This document shows positions 29,801 through 39,472 of a stretch of 64,000 bases of DNA, piece by piece. Below the pieces are notes generated by a model. That model worked only from the letters and a program-made list of their open reading frames with translations, ran no database searches and was not told the DNA's origin. This DNA is from Patescibacteria group bacterium. GTDB taxonomy: Bacteria > Patescibacteriota > Minisyncoccia > Moranbacterales > DUUL01. The stretch lies in the NCBI GenBank assembly GCA_034658815.1, contig JAYEFY010000020.1, positions 11,966 through 75,965 of the forward strand. Direction: 5' to 3'. Numbering within the stretch: position 1 is the first letter of the stretch; the number at the start of each line of letters is the position of its first letter. Made by a program: the position numbers and the translations under genes.

Positions 29801-31216
29801 ATGTCTGTATCGCGTAAAATTGCATATAATGTAGCTGTTTCGTCAGTGACAAAAATATTGAGCACTGTTCTTGCGCTTGTCGGAATCGGACTTATCACAC
29901 GATATTTGGGACAGGACATTTTTGGACTTTATGTAATAGCTATTGCATTTTTTCTATTCTTTGAATCTTTGGGAGATTGGGGGCTTCATCAGACTGTGAC
30001 GCGAGAAATATCAAGACCGAACGCCAATGAAAAAGAAATTATGAGTAAGATCGCAGGATTAAGAATTGCCATTTCACTGCTTGTAATTATTGTTGCTCCT
30101 CTCATCATTTTTTTTCTTCCTTACTCGATTCAGCTTAAGCAAGCTCTGGTTATCATTTCTTTCGCATTTTTCTTTTCATCTCTGCGTCAACTTCTTATCG
30201 GCTTGTTTCAAAAGCGGCTTTTGATGGATAGAGTGTCAATTGCCGAATTGATTGGAAAGATCATTCAAGTCGCTCTTATTTTCGCTGGAGTAAAGCTTAA
30301 TTTAGGATTTAATTTTATAGTTTCGACGCTGCTTGTTACGATGGCGTTTAATTTTTTTGTTGTATTGTGGCTTTCAAGGAAATTTCTGACATTTAAGCCA
30401 TCGATAGATACTCATTTTTGGAAAAAGTTTTTGAAACAGTCATTGCCAATTGGAATGTCCGTTTTTATCACATTTATTTATTTTAAGGCAGATTCGATTA
30501 TTCTTTCATTTCTTCAGCCGGCGCAGGCTGTGGGAATCTACGGAGCATCGTATAAAATCATTGAAAATCTCAGTTTTTTCCCGAGCATGATTGTAGGATT
30601 GACAATGCCAATTCTCGCGTATAATGTTTTTTCCAATAGAAAAAAGTTTGAACTTGTAGTAAACAAGAATTTTAAGATTTTTTTAATTCTTGTTTTCCCG
30701 CTAATTATTGGAACGTTATTTCTTGCTGATGGGATCATTAACGTTATCGTGGGATCCGGATTTGAAGAGTCCGTGCTTGTCTTGCGCATCATAATTTTTT
30801 CAATCGCTTTTATATTTTTTGGCAACTTATTTAATAACATACTCATTGCCGCAAAGTTTCAAAAAGAGCTTTTTTGTGCTCTTTCAGTGTGCGCAATTTT
30901 TAATCTCACAGCTAATATTTTATTTATTCCAAAATACTCATATATTGCTACGTCTTATACGTCAGTCGCGACTGAACTTCTTGTCATTGTTCTTGGAAGC
31001 ACGCTCATTTATAAAAAACTTGGGTTCATACCAAAATTTGAAGGAATAGCTTCCATTCTTCTTTCAAGCGGGATAATGGCGTTTTACTTGTGGCTGTTCA
31101 GTAATCTTCCTTTTTTTGTACTTGCCGCGACAAGTCCTTTGGTCTACTTTATCAGCCTTTTTGTTCTCAAAGGAATTAAAAAAGAAGAATTATTACTTTT
31201 ACTTCAAAAGGATTAA
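29801..31216 (+). CDS. Polysaccharide flippase (Wzx/MOP family)
   Basis: About 14 TM; ITRYLG, ADSIILS, VGIYGASYK, NILFIPKY. Confidence 0.88.
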   Translation: MSVSRKIAYNVAVSSVTKILSTVLALVGIGLITRYLGQDIFGLYVIAIAFFLFFESLGDWGLHQTVTREISRPNANEKEIMSKIAGLRIAISLLVIIVAPLIIFFLPYSIQLKQALVIISFAFFFSSLRQLLIGLFQKRLLMDRVSIAELIGKIIQVALIFAGVKLNLGFNFIVSTLLVTMAFNFFVVLWLSRKFLTFKPSIDTHFWKKFLKQSLPIGMSVFITFIYFKADSIILSFLQPAQAVGIYGASYKIIENLSFFPSMIVGLTMPILAYNVFSNRKKFELVVNKNFKIFLILVFPLIIGTLFLADGIINVIVGSGFEESVLVLRIIIFSIAFIFFGNLFNNILIAAKFQKELFCALSVCAIFNLTANILFIPKYSYIATSYTSVATELLVIVLGSTLIYKKLGFIPKFEGIASILLSSGIMAFYLWLFSNLPFFVLAATSPLVYFISLFVLKGIKKEELLLLLQKD

Positions 31217-31217
31217 T

Positions 31218-31410
31218 GGAGACCGTTTTCAAGCCATATCCCTGTCTCATCGCCTGCCTGCCGGTAGGCAGGGTAGGCAGGGTAGGCAGGCGCTACCAAA
31301 ATTTTATCCCGAGTGTTTGGAACTATGCCGTTCTCGAACAACGTGATCCCGCTTAGCGGGAAAAATCTCCTAATTTTTACCAACAAAGAGATGCCGCGAA
31401 CAACAGTCTC
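31218..31410. mobile_element. Family-A MITE with GGTAGGCAG x3 and an ATCCCGCTTAGCGGGA module
   Basis: Left arm GGAGACCGTTTTCAAGC; degenerate right arm GAACAACAGTCTC overlaps the GT2 start. Confidence 0.6.
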
Positions 31411-32245
31411 TTTCATTATCATCACTTATAATAGTGAAAAATGCATTAAAAAATGCCTTGCTTCAGTAAATAAAAACAAATCACCAAGATTCAAAACTAC
31501 TTTAGTGCTCATTGATAATAATTCTTCGGATAGATCTCCGGACATATTAAAAAAAGAAGGCATATTTGATACGGAAATAATTTGCAACAGTCAAAATCTA
31601 GGCTTCGCAAAAGCCGTCAATCAAGGAATTAATCGCGCCAGAAAGGCTTTTGATCCGGATTTTTTCTTTCTCTTGAATCCTGACGCAACACTTGATAACA
31701 ACGCCCTTGAAAACGTGATCTTATTCCACGAGAACCGAAATGATCTTCTTTTTTCTTCGCCGATCATCATCGATCCGTTAATTAATAGAATATGGTTTTG
31801 CGGAAGTTCGATCAGCTGGATCTTTCAAAAAACAATCCATGATTCGGCAATTATGTCAGACATCCCATACAAAACCTTGTCATTGTCCGGATGCGCGCTT
31901 TGCATTCCCAAAAAAGCTATTGAAAAAGTCGGTTTTTTTGATGAGCGTTTTTTTCTCTACTATGAAGATGCTGATTTTTGCTATCGCGCGCAAAAGGCTG
32001 GAATTAATTTGTATGTTGTCCCTTCATCAAAGTGCTTCCATGTTGAATCTCAGTCATTAAATAATGAAACAAAATGCTACTCTCTTGTTAAAAGCGGACT
32101 GAAGTTTTTTTATAAACATCATTCTAAATTTGCAAAAATGTATTTTTGGCTTATTTTTACGGCACGCTTCACATATCACAAATTTATTTCAAAAAAACGA
32201 TGTGTGATCAACGGAATGAATGACTTTCTAAAAGAAAAAACTTAA
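31391..32245 (+). CDS. Glycosyltransferase family 2 (WbbL-like)
   Basis: SFIIITYNS, DNNSSD, NLGFAKAVNQG, LLNPDA, FFLYYEDADFC. Confidence 0.9.
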   Translation: MPRTTVSFIIITYNSEKCIKKCLASVNKNKSPRFKTTLVLIDNNSSDRSPDILKKEGIFDTEIICNSQNLGFAKAVNQGINRARKAFDPDFFFLLNPDATLDNNALENVILFHENRNDLLFSSPIIIDPLINRIWFCGSSISWIFQKTIHDSAIMSDIPYKTLSLSGCALCIPKKAIEKVGFFDERFFLYYEDADFCYRAQKAGINLYVVPSSKCFHVESQSLNNETKCYSLVKSGLKFFYKHHSKFAKMYFWLIFTARFTYHKFISKKRCVINGMNDFLKEKT

Positions 32246-32301
32246 AAGAAAAAATTTACCAAATCCGGATAGTAGTATATAATTCAAAGGAACACTATCA
32301 A

Positions 32302-32467
32302 GGGATCATTTTCAAACTAACTTCTGCCAAAAATTCATTTCGAGTGTTCAAGATCACGCCATTCGTAAATGGCAGAGATGGGCAGAATTTCCTGATCCTT
32401 GCCGACGCCCCCCTTCGCAGGCGGTAGGCAGGTGACAAGGCAGGGAAGCTAGCTTGAAAACAATCCC
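32302..32467. mobile_element. Family-A MITE
   Basis: GGGATCATTTTCAAACTAACTTC...GAAGCTAGCTTGAAAACAATCCC with internal GGTAGGCAGG. Confidence 0.75.
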
Positions 32468-32480
32468 ATGAAAAAGCACT

Positions 32481-33536
32481 ATGAAAAACCATTTTAATAC
32501 AACTTTCTTATTCGCGCTAATATTATTAGTCGGATATGGGTCGTTCCTCGTTTTTAAGCCATTTGTTATTGCTATAACCTTGGCTTTTGTGCTTTCCCAG
32601 TTATTTCAAAACTGGTACAAAAAAACTAATAAATTATTCAGAGGAAAGAAGTCATTGGCATCGCTTGTCATGTGCGTTTTAATTTTATTTATCATAGTTG
32701 TGCCTCTTATATTCGTGTCGAGTATGGTGATATCGGAAACCAACCACTTGCTTCAAACAATGCAGCAAAATAACATTCAAGAAAAGATCGAAGCATTTTC
32801 ATTTAACGTGCCGGTGATTGGGCTTAATATTACAAATGAGGAAATTCAATCTGTTGTAGGAACGGAAGAGTTCATGAAAAGCTTAAGAAGCGCGGGGGGA
32901 TTATTTCTTCAGCTCATTAAAAAGACATACCAGAGTACAAGCAGCTTCTTATTTATGTCTTTCGTAATGTTCTTCTCCCTTTATTATTTTTTTAAGGACA
33001 GCAATGCTTTATTGAAATGTTTTATGAATTTAAGTCCTCTTAAAAATTCACAAGAAAAGTTGATTGTAAATAAATTCATAGCCATTTCCCGTGCGACACT
33101 AAAAGGAACATTTGTTGTTGCAATTGTCCAGGGAACACTGCTTGGCATTTCATTTTTCATTGCAGGAGTACCGTCCGCAACCCTGTGGGCGCTTGTAGCT
33201 GCCATCCTATCTCTTGTGCCGTTGCTTGGAACGCTCCTCGTATGGGCGCCTGTTGGAGTTTTTCTCCTGCTGATCGGAAAGATCTGGCAGGGTATTTTCA
33301 TAATTCTTTTCGGCGCGATAGTAGTTAGCAATATTGACAATTTTTTGCGTCCGAAGCTCGTCGGAAATGAAGCTCAACTGCATCCCCTTTTGGTCTTTCT
33401 TTCAACACTTGGCGGTATTGCATTTTTCGGAATAGCCGGCTTTTTGCTTGGCCCCGTTATTATTGTCTTATTTATGACTCTCTTGCAAATCTATCAAATT
33501 GAGTTTAAGAAAGATTTGAAGGTGTTTAATAAATGA
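32481..33536 (+). CDS. AI-2E family transporter
   Basis: IDNFLRPKLVG, LHPLLVFLSTLGG, GFLLGP. Confidence 0.92.
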   Translation: MKNHFNTTFLFALILLVGYGSFLVFKPFVIAITLAFVLSQLFQNWYKKTNKLFRGKKSLASLVMCVLILFIIVVPLIFVSSMVISETNHLLQTMQQNNIQEKIEAFSFNVPVIGLNITNEEIQSVVGTEEFMKSLRSAGGLFLQLIKKTYQSTSSFLFMSFVMFFSLYYFFKDSNALLKCFMNLSPLKNSQEKLIVNKFIAISRATLKGTFVVAIVQGTLLGISFFIAGVPSATLWALVAAILSLVPLLGTLLVWAPVGVFLLLIGKIWQGIFIILFGAIVVSNIDNFLRPKLVGNEAQLHPLLVFLSTLGGIAFFGIAGFLLGPVIIVLFMTLLQIYQIEFKKDLKVFNK

Positions 33537-33617
33537 TCGATAGTATGAATTAGATATCAGAAAGATACGCATAATCTGTAACTTGCAGCTCAAGAAAAAA
33601 ATAAATTGCGCGAAAAC

Positions 33618-33659
33618 AATCAAAAAACAATTCCGAATATTCGGAATTGTTTTTTGATT
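33618..33659. terminator. Perfect 42-bp palindrome between convergent genes, likely a bidirectional terminator
   Basis: AATCAAAAAACAATTCCGAAT-ATTCGGAATTGTTTTTTGATT. Confidence 0.7.
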
Positions 33660-33737
33660 ATAATAAACTACTTCGCCGGCTTTAATTTAAAATTCAGTTC
33701 ATTTTTAAATTCATTTCAAATTTATCCGTAACGGTTT

Positions 33738-34988
33738 CTATTCCAGAAGCTTTTCATAATGATCCGCCCAATACTGCACTTTATCACAATACCATTGATG
33801 AGAACCTCCTAAGTACCGTTTGGCGGCTTTGCATTCTCCCTTTTTTGATGTCGCGCCATCATTCGCGAGTTTTAACGCCATTGCTGTAACTCCATCCGTA
33901 AGATCCCATGGATCCGGAGGCTTGTGTCCGGTCACTCGTTCGATCTTTTTTTCGTACCCCTTCCAAGTATCTGACATAAATTGCGCGACTCCCATTGCTC
34001 CGCCTGTTCCCTTATAACCGCTTGGAGGACATGACACTTTTTGTTTTTTGTAATTGTAGTCCAGATCCTTGCATATATCTTTGAAAATACTTTTCCGATA
34101 GCTGTTCATTCGACTTTCCTTGTAATTACATCCGCCGGTATACCGCCCAAGATCAGACTCAACAACAAGCATGCCCATTAAAAAATCCTTTCGTACTCCT
34201 GTAGCCTTGCTGGCAAATTTAACTGCGTCTTTAATATCACCGGTGTCATAACCTTTACCCAAAAGCCTGGAAATATTCGCCCGCAACCTGGCTATCTTGG
34301 ATTGGATCTCATCGATCACGGCATTTTTTTGATTGATTTCTCCCTGTGTTTGATTTAAAATAACACTCTTTTTAACTTTTTCATACTCAAGCGTTTTTTG
34401 TTGATCGTCATATATTTCCACCACTATCTCTTGTTCTTCCCTTTTCTTCTCAAATTCAACTTTTTCATTTTTTATTTCTTCGACAGTATCATACAGCCCC
34501 TTCTCAAGCTGTTGCAAGGCATCAATAGTCGTAAAATAATCACCAAATCCGTTATCGCTCCCGAAAGTCATCAGGTATGCCTCCGAATCAACTTGATTTA
34601 TTTTCCTCAATATATCAGCTAATAATTTTTTCTTGTATTCGATCTCCTTTCGTTTTTGATCAAGTTCCAATTTTGTTCTATTAACTTCTTTTTCAGATTC
34701 GGAAAGTTTTTCTCCGATTATTGATATATTTCCATTTATTTGATGGAGTTCATTGGAGATAATCAGTTTTTTTTGAACATCTTCATTTTTTTCTATCTTG
34801 GCATCTTTAAGCTTATCTTCCAAGCTTTCAATTTTATCTTCACTTTTTTCAGCTTCCTTAATGTCATCCTCATTAATTTCATCAGCGCGTACAATCATAA
34901 AACCGCACATCATTGATAATGCGCAACAAAAAACAACGTTTGCGACATTTAAAAGCCCATTTCTTTTTTTTGTATTTCTATGCGCCAT
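33738..34988 (-). CDS. Secreted coiled-coil protein with a C-terminal lytic transglycosylase domain
   Basis: Signal peptide, coiled coil, VVESDLG catalytic Glu, GAMGVAQFMSDTW. Confidence 0.85.
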   Translation of the reverse strand: MAHRNTKKRNGLLNVANVVFCCALSMMCGFMIVRADEINEDDIKEAEKSEDKIESLEDKLKDAKIEKNEDVQKKLIISNELHQINGNISIIGEKLSESEKEVNRTKLELDQKRKEIEYKKKLLADILRKINQVDSEAYLMTFGSDNGFGDYFTTIDALQQLEKGLYDTVEEIKNEKVEFEKKREEQEIVVEIYDDQQKTLEYEKVKKSVILNQTQGEINQKNAVIDEIQSKIARLRANISRLLGKGYDTGDIKDAVKFASKATGVRKDFLMGMLVVESDLGRYTGGCNYKESRMNSYRKSIFKDICKDLDYNYKKQKVSCPPSGYKGTGGAMGVAQFMSDTWKGYEKKIERVTGHKPPDPWDLTDGVTAMALKLANDGATSKKGECKAAKRYLGGSHQWYCDKVQYWADHYEKLLE

Positions 34989-35041
34989 AGAGTTAATTTA
35001 GTAACTCAACGCAACATTAAGATTTTTCGGAAACAATCCCT

Positions 35042-35743
35042 TTATTCAGCGCTGTCTTTTTCCTTTTGTTGATCTTCTATTTTCTGTTGTTCCGGTTGAT
35101 TTTCAACTTCTTTCTTTTCGACATCTTCGACTTGAGAAATATCTCCTTCAATATCTTTCTCAAGTTCTTCAATATCTTCTTGGCTTCGCGGCGGCGCGAC
35201 AAGAGCTACCACTGTTTTCGATTCCAGATCAATGGAAACTTTGTCAGATATTTTCAAATCTTCAACGCAGATACGGCCATCAAATGTTTCGAGTGCTGAT
35301 ATGTCAACTTTAATATACTTTGGCAAATCTGCGGGCAGGCACCGCACTTCAACTTTATCAATATTTTTTACAAGAACGCCTCCAAGCTCCTTAACTGCGA
35401 GAGACTCATTTATAAATTCAAGTTCGACGCTGGCTTCGATCTCTTCATCCATTTTTACGCGATAAAAATCAACATGCGTATAGCCGTCAGTAACAGGATC
35501 ACGCTGTATATCATAAATCAGCACCTTTTCCACCTCCCGCTTGCTGCCATTTTCCACAATAAGATCTATTACGGAACTTCCTCTTACGTCATCATAGACC
35601 CTACTAAACGCTTTGAAGTCGATCCATAACATAATATTGTCTAGTTTTTTGCCATACAATATCGCAGGGATTCTATTCCCCAGTTGCTCATTCTTACTGC
35701 TTTTTTCACGTACATTCGCGTTGATTGAGTAAGTGTCTTCCAT
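35042..35743 (-). CDS. rplY: 50S ribosomal protein L25/Ctc
   Basis: RIPAILYG, QRDPVTD...HVDFY, CLPADLP, acidic tail. Confidence 0.93.
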   Translation of the reverse strand: MEDTYSINANVREKSSKNEQLGNRIPAILYGKKLDNIMLWIDFKAFSRVYDDVRGSSVIDLIVENGSKREVEKVLIYDIQRDPVTDGYTHVDFYRVKMDEEIEASVELEFINESLAVKELGGVLVKNIDKVEVRCLPADLPKYIKVDISALETFDGRICVEDLKISDKVSIDLESKTVVALVAPPRSQEDIEELEKDIEGDISQVEDVEKKEVENQPEQQKIEDQQKEKDSAE

Positions 35744-35887
35744 AGCCAAATAAATATTATTTATATAGTTAGTTTAACATGACGCTACCAAGCGCGTAAC
35801 CGTTCCAAAACCAGTTCTATGTTCACAATACAGAGTAATCCCGAGTACTCGGGATAAAATTTAGTATATGGAACTGTTTCCTGTATG

Positions 35888-36181
35888 TTAAACTGAACTG
35901 ATTATTTGACTTATTTCCAGTACTTCATCCGCCGTAATAGGCCCCTTTTTTATCATCTCGATAATTTCACCGTAGCTAAGATCTGTTAACATTCCAACGG
36001 AAATTAGCCTGTCATTGTCGTTTCCATTGGATATAATTGCTAAAGAAGTGCTTCGGCAAGCTGAACATGTTATATGCACGATCATTGCCTCTTTTCTGCT
36101 TGCAATCGTCCGAACACAACCATTTGAATATTTTTGGTTGCAAATAGGGCAAAATAACAATGTGTTCAAATTATTCGTCAT
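35888..36181 (-). CDS. Small zinc-ribbon hypothetical protein
   Basis: CPIC...CSAC; C-terminal TDL...PITADEVL. Confidence 0.7.
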   Translation of the reverse strand: MTNNLNTLLFCPICNQKYSNGCVRTIASRKEAMIVHITCSACRSTSLAIISNGNDNDRLISVGMLTDLSYGEIIEMIKKGPITADEVLEISQIISSV

Positions 36182-36282
36182 AGCTTTGGTCACTATATCA
36201 ACAAATTAAACCGAAGTCAATAATGTTGTTCCTTTTCACTGCGAAGCTTCATAGCTTAACATGTCAGAAATTAGAGCGCTCT

Positions 36283-37170
36283 TTACAATGTTTTCAAATA
36301 AGCAACTGTTTTATCAATATCCCATTTCGGAGTTGAAGCGCCGGAAACTATTCCAACAGTATCGGCTTCCCGCAACAAGTGCTTTATTTTTTTCTTGGCG
36401 CGATCATTCAGTTCATCGATCCACGTCACTTTCTTATTGATATTTTTAGCGATCTTCCATAATTGTCTCGTGTTCGCGCTTTTTTTCCCTCCAATAATAA
36501 TAACGGCATCATTCTTCTTGGAAATACGCGAAGCTTCTTTCTGCCGAAACGATGTTGCCCTGCAAATGGTGTCTACTGTTTTCATTGTTCGACCAGCGAA
36601 ACGGGCGGCTCTTTTAAGCATAGCGACTGCCTCGCTGAATGAAGCAACATTTTGCGTCGTTTGAGAAACCACCAATAGCGGCCTTTGGCAATTGGAATTA
36701 ACGATTTGTCTCGCAAGTTTTTTTGTTTCATTTTTAGTCGCAATTATTCTTGCGTTTTTGCCGCACCAGCCATTAATCCCCCGCACTTCCTTATGTTTTT
36801 TATCTCCAAAAATAATAATTTCAAATTTTTTCTCAGCGTACCAGCGCACACAACGATGGACGCGTGAAACATTTGGACAGGTAGTATCAAATACAATCGC
36901 CTCCCTCTTCTTGATCGACTTGATTTTTTGCTTACTTACTCCATGAGCTGTAATAATCACGGTATCGTTTTTTTTAATCAACCGCAGTGTTTCGATCTTT
37001 TTTATTCTCCATTTTTCTACTACAGCCATTACATTTTCATTATGCACCAACGATCCAAGTATAAAAACAGGATTCCTTTTTTTATAATTTCTGAATTTTT
37101 TCTCCACCAGCATGAATGCCCTATTCACTCCTCCGCAAAAACCGGCATTTTTTGCAACGTTCACCTTCAT
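36283..37170 (-). CDS. ispH: 4-hydroxy-3-methylbut-2-enyl diphosphate reductase
   Basis: AGFCGGV, LVHN, AHGV, DTTCP, DTICRAT, SANT, GASTP. Confidence 0.93.
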   Translation of the reverse strand: MKVNVAKNAGFCGGVNRAFMLVEKKFRNYKKRNPVFILGSLVHNENVMAVVEKWRIKKIETLRLIKKNDTVIITAHGVSKQKIKSIKKREAIVFDTTCPNVSRVHRCVRWYAEKKFEIIIFGDKKHKEVRGINGWCGKNARIIATKNETKKLARQIVNSNCQRPLLVVSQTTQNVASFSEAVAMLKRAARFAGRTMKTVDTICRATSFRQKEASRISKKNDAVIIIGGKKSANTRQLWKIAKNINKKVTWIDELNDRAKKKIKHLLREADTVGIVSGASTPKWDIDKTVAYLKTL

Positions 37171-37246
37171 AAATTCGTATTTATCAATTTTTTATTCTAT
37201 CGGTATTTTTGGAAACAACCATTTATAGCATTTAAGTTTCCATTTT

Positions 37247-38305
37247 TCAAGTCATTTTTTTAAGTTCCTTTTTAAATTCACTAAGCAAATCGGCTTCTTT
37301 TACTTTTTTGATCACTTTCCCTCTTTTACAAAGCAACCCTATTTTTTTTCCGCCAATCACCGCAAGATCCGCTTCCCTTGCTTCACCCGGTCCGTTTACT
37401 ACGCATCCCATTACGGCAATACGCATATCTTTATTTATATTTTCGACAATTTTCTCGACTTGCTTCGCAAGCCTTATCACGTCAATTTCTGTTCTGCCGC
37501 ATGTTGGACAGCTTGTAACGGTCGGTTTTCTCCGTCTCAATCCAAGCGCGCTTAAAATTTCCCAAGCAACCGGAATTTCCTCAACAGGATTATCAGTCAA
37601 AGAAACTCTGATCGTGTCTCCAATTCCATCATATAAAAGCATGCCAATCCCTATTGATGACATAATCGTTCCTCTGAACCTTGTTCCGGCTTCAGTTACT
37701 CCAACATGGAGAGGGTAACGCACTTTTTTCGACAGCATTCTATATGCCGACACAGTCCGATCTATATCAGAGGCTTTCAGTGAAATAATGATATTTTTAA
37801 ATTTCAAACTTTCAAGAATTTTTATGTGCGACAACGCTGATTCTACCATTCCTTGAGCTGTTGCTTTTCCTTTGAATTTTCTTAAAATTGTTTTTTCCAA
37901 AGAACCCGCGTTCACTCCGATTCTTATGGGAACTTTTTTTGCTTTGCATTTTAAAACGACTTTTTCGATTTTGCTCTTTGGCTGGATATTCCCGGGATTT
38001 ATTCTGACTTTATCAATTCCTTGATCAATAGCTTCTAATGCCAAATCAGCGGAAAAATGTATGTCAGCAACGAGAGGAATATTGATCTTTGATTTTATGG
38101 CCGAGATCGCGCGCGCGGCTTTCTGGTCGGGAACTGCTACTCTAACAATTTCGCAGCCGGCTTTTTCAAGCTGTTTGATCTGTGCAACGGTTTTATTGAT
38201 ATTTCCAGTATTGGTATTCGTCATTGACTGCACACAAATCGGCTTACAGCCTCCAATTGGCATCTTTCCGATTTTGACAATCTTCGTCTGTCTTCTTCTT
38301 ATCAT
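37247..38305 (-). CDS. ispG: (E)-4-hydroxy-3-methylbut-2-enyl diphosphate synthase
   Basis: VQSMTNT, VADIHF, RINPGN, SCPTCGR, MGCVVNGPGE. Confidence 0.96.
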   Translation of the reverse strand: MIRRRQTKIVKIGKMPIGGCKPICVQSMTNTNTGNINKTVAQIKQLEKAGCEIVRVAVPDQKAARAISAIKSKINIPLVADIHFSADLALEAIDQGIDKVRINPGNIQPKSKIEKVVLKCKAKKVPIRIGVNAGSLEKTILRKFKGKATAQGMVESALSHIKILESLKFKNIIISLKASDIDRTVSAYRMLSKKVRYPLHVGVTEAGTRFRGTIMSSIGIGMLLYDGIGDTIRVSLTDNPVEEIPVAWEILSALGLRRRKPTVTSCPTCGRTEIDVIRLAKQVEKIVENINKDMRIAVMGCVVNGPGEAREADLAVIGGKKIGLLCKRGKVIKKVKEADLLSEFKKELKKMT

Positions 38306-38314
38306 GCTTTTGCG

Positions 38315-39454
38315 TTAAATGTCAAATTGTTCGTAGCTTTCTTCCGTTATGCTGGTCTTTTGCTTCTTTGTTTTTCTCCAAACATTTTGCACTAATCCCA
38401 TGGAAGCAAGTGTTACTATTAAAAAACTGCCGCCGTAACTCAAAAAAGGAAGTGAGAGCCCGGCGATAGGCATAATACCCAAATTCATCCCGATATTCAA
38501 AAAAGTTTGAAAAAATATCATAATGATAACTCCGCCAACAAGGAACTTTCCAAAAGTATCCTTCGAAAGATCAATTGTTTTCCCCATCCTCCAAAGAAGG
38601 ATTCCAAAGAACAGGATGATCAATCCGGTGCCGATCAATCCGCTTTCTTCGGCAATTGCCGCATAAATAAAATCTGTATGCTTTTCCGGCAGAAAATTGA
38701 GCTGGCTCTGGGAACCGTGGCCCAACCCCTTGCCTGTTATTCCACCGGAGCCAATCGCGATGACTGATTGAATGACATTATATCCACTCCCGAGAGGATC
38801 TCTTTCCGGATCCATAAATGATTGTATTCTATCTTTTTGATAATCATTCAAAATCGTACCCCATCCTAGCGTAATTATCACAAAACCGGCCAAAATGATT
38901 CCCGCAACATATTGCTTTTTTGTTCCTGCAAGAAACAGCATGCCAAACCAAATTACGATCATAACAACGGCAGAACCCATATCAGGCTGCAACATGGCAA
39001 GAATAACGGGAATCAGGGTATATATGAACGATACCGCTATTTTTTTCAGAGTAATTTGTACTTGTATTTGTGAGAAATATTTAGCTAGCGAAATTATGAG
39101 GAATAATTTCATTAATTCCACCGGCTGAATATTGAAAATGCCTAAGTTAAACCAGCCGGTTGTCCCGCGTATGCTTGCTCCAAACAATAAGACAGCTACC
39201 AGTAAAATAACACCGACCGCGTAGAGAAAACCGCTATAGCTTTTCCAAATTTGATAATCGGCAGTGCTGAAAACTGCAAACGTAGCAAGTGCAACAATAA
39301 GAAAAATAACTTGTTTTTGAAAATTATTAAACCCTTCGCGTTCAGCTTCAAGTGAAAGTGAAAATATAGCAATAAGTCCGGACACAAGAAGAAATAACAT
39401 CGCTACAAGAGATATCCAATCAAAATCGAGTTGTTTAACAATTTTTGCTAGCAC
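38315..39454 (-). CDS. rodA: Rod shape-determining SEDS protein RodA
   Basis: IQPVELMK, QPDMGSA, GYNVIQSVIAIGSGG, LPEKHTDFI, LPFLSYGGS. Confidence 0.92.
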   Translation of the reverse strand: MLAKIVKQLDFDWISLVAMLFLLVSGLIAIFSLSLEAEREGFNNFQKQVIFLIVALATFAVFSTADYQIWKSYSGFLYAVGVILLVAVLLFGASIRGTTGWFNLGIFNIQPVELMKLFLIISLAKYFSQIQVQITLKKIAVSFIYTLIPVILAMLQPDMGSAVVMIVIWFGMLFLAGTKKQYVAGIILAGFVIITLGWGTILNDYQKDRIQSFMDPERDPLGSGYNVIQSVIAIGSGGITGKGLGHGSQSQLNFLPEKHTDFIYAAIAEESGLIGTGLIILFFGILLWRMGKTIDLSKDTFGKFLVGGVIIMIFFQTFLNIGMNLGIMPIAGLSLPFLSYGGSFLIVTLASMGLVQNVWRKTKKQKTSITEESYEQFDI

Positions 39455-39472
39455 CTGGATGGTTGATATGTC

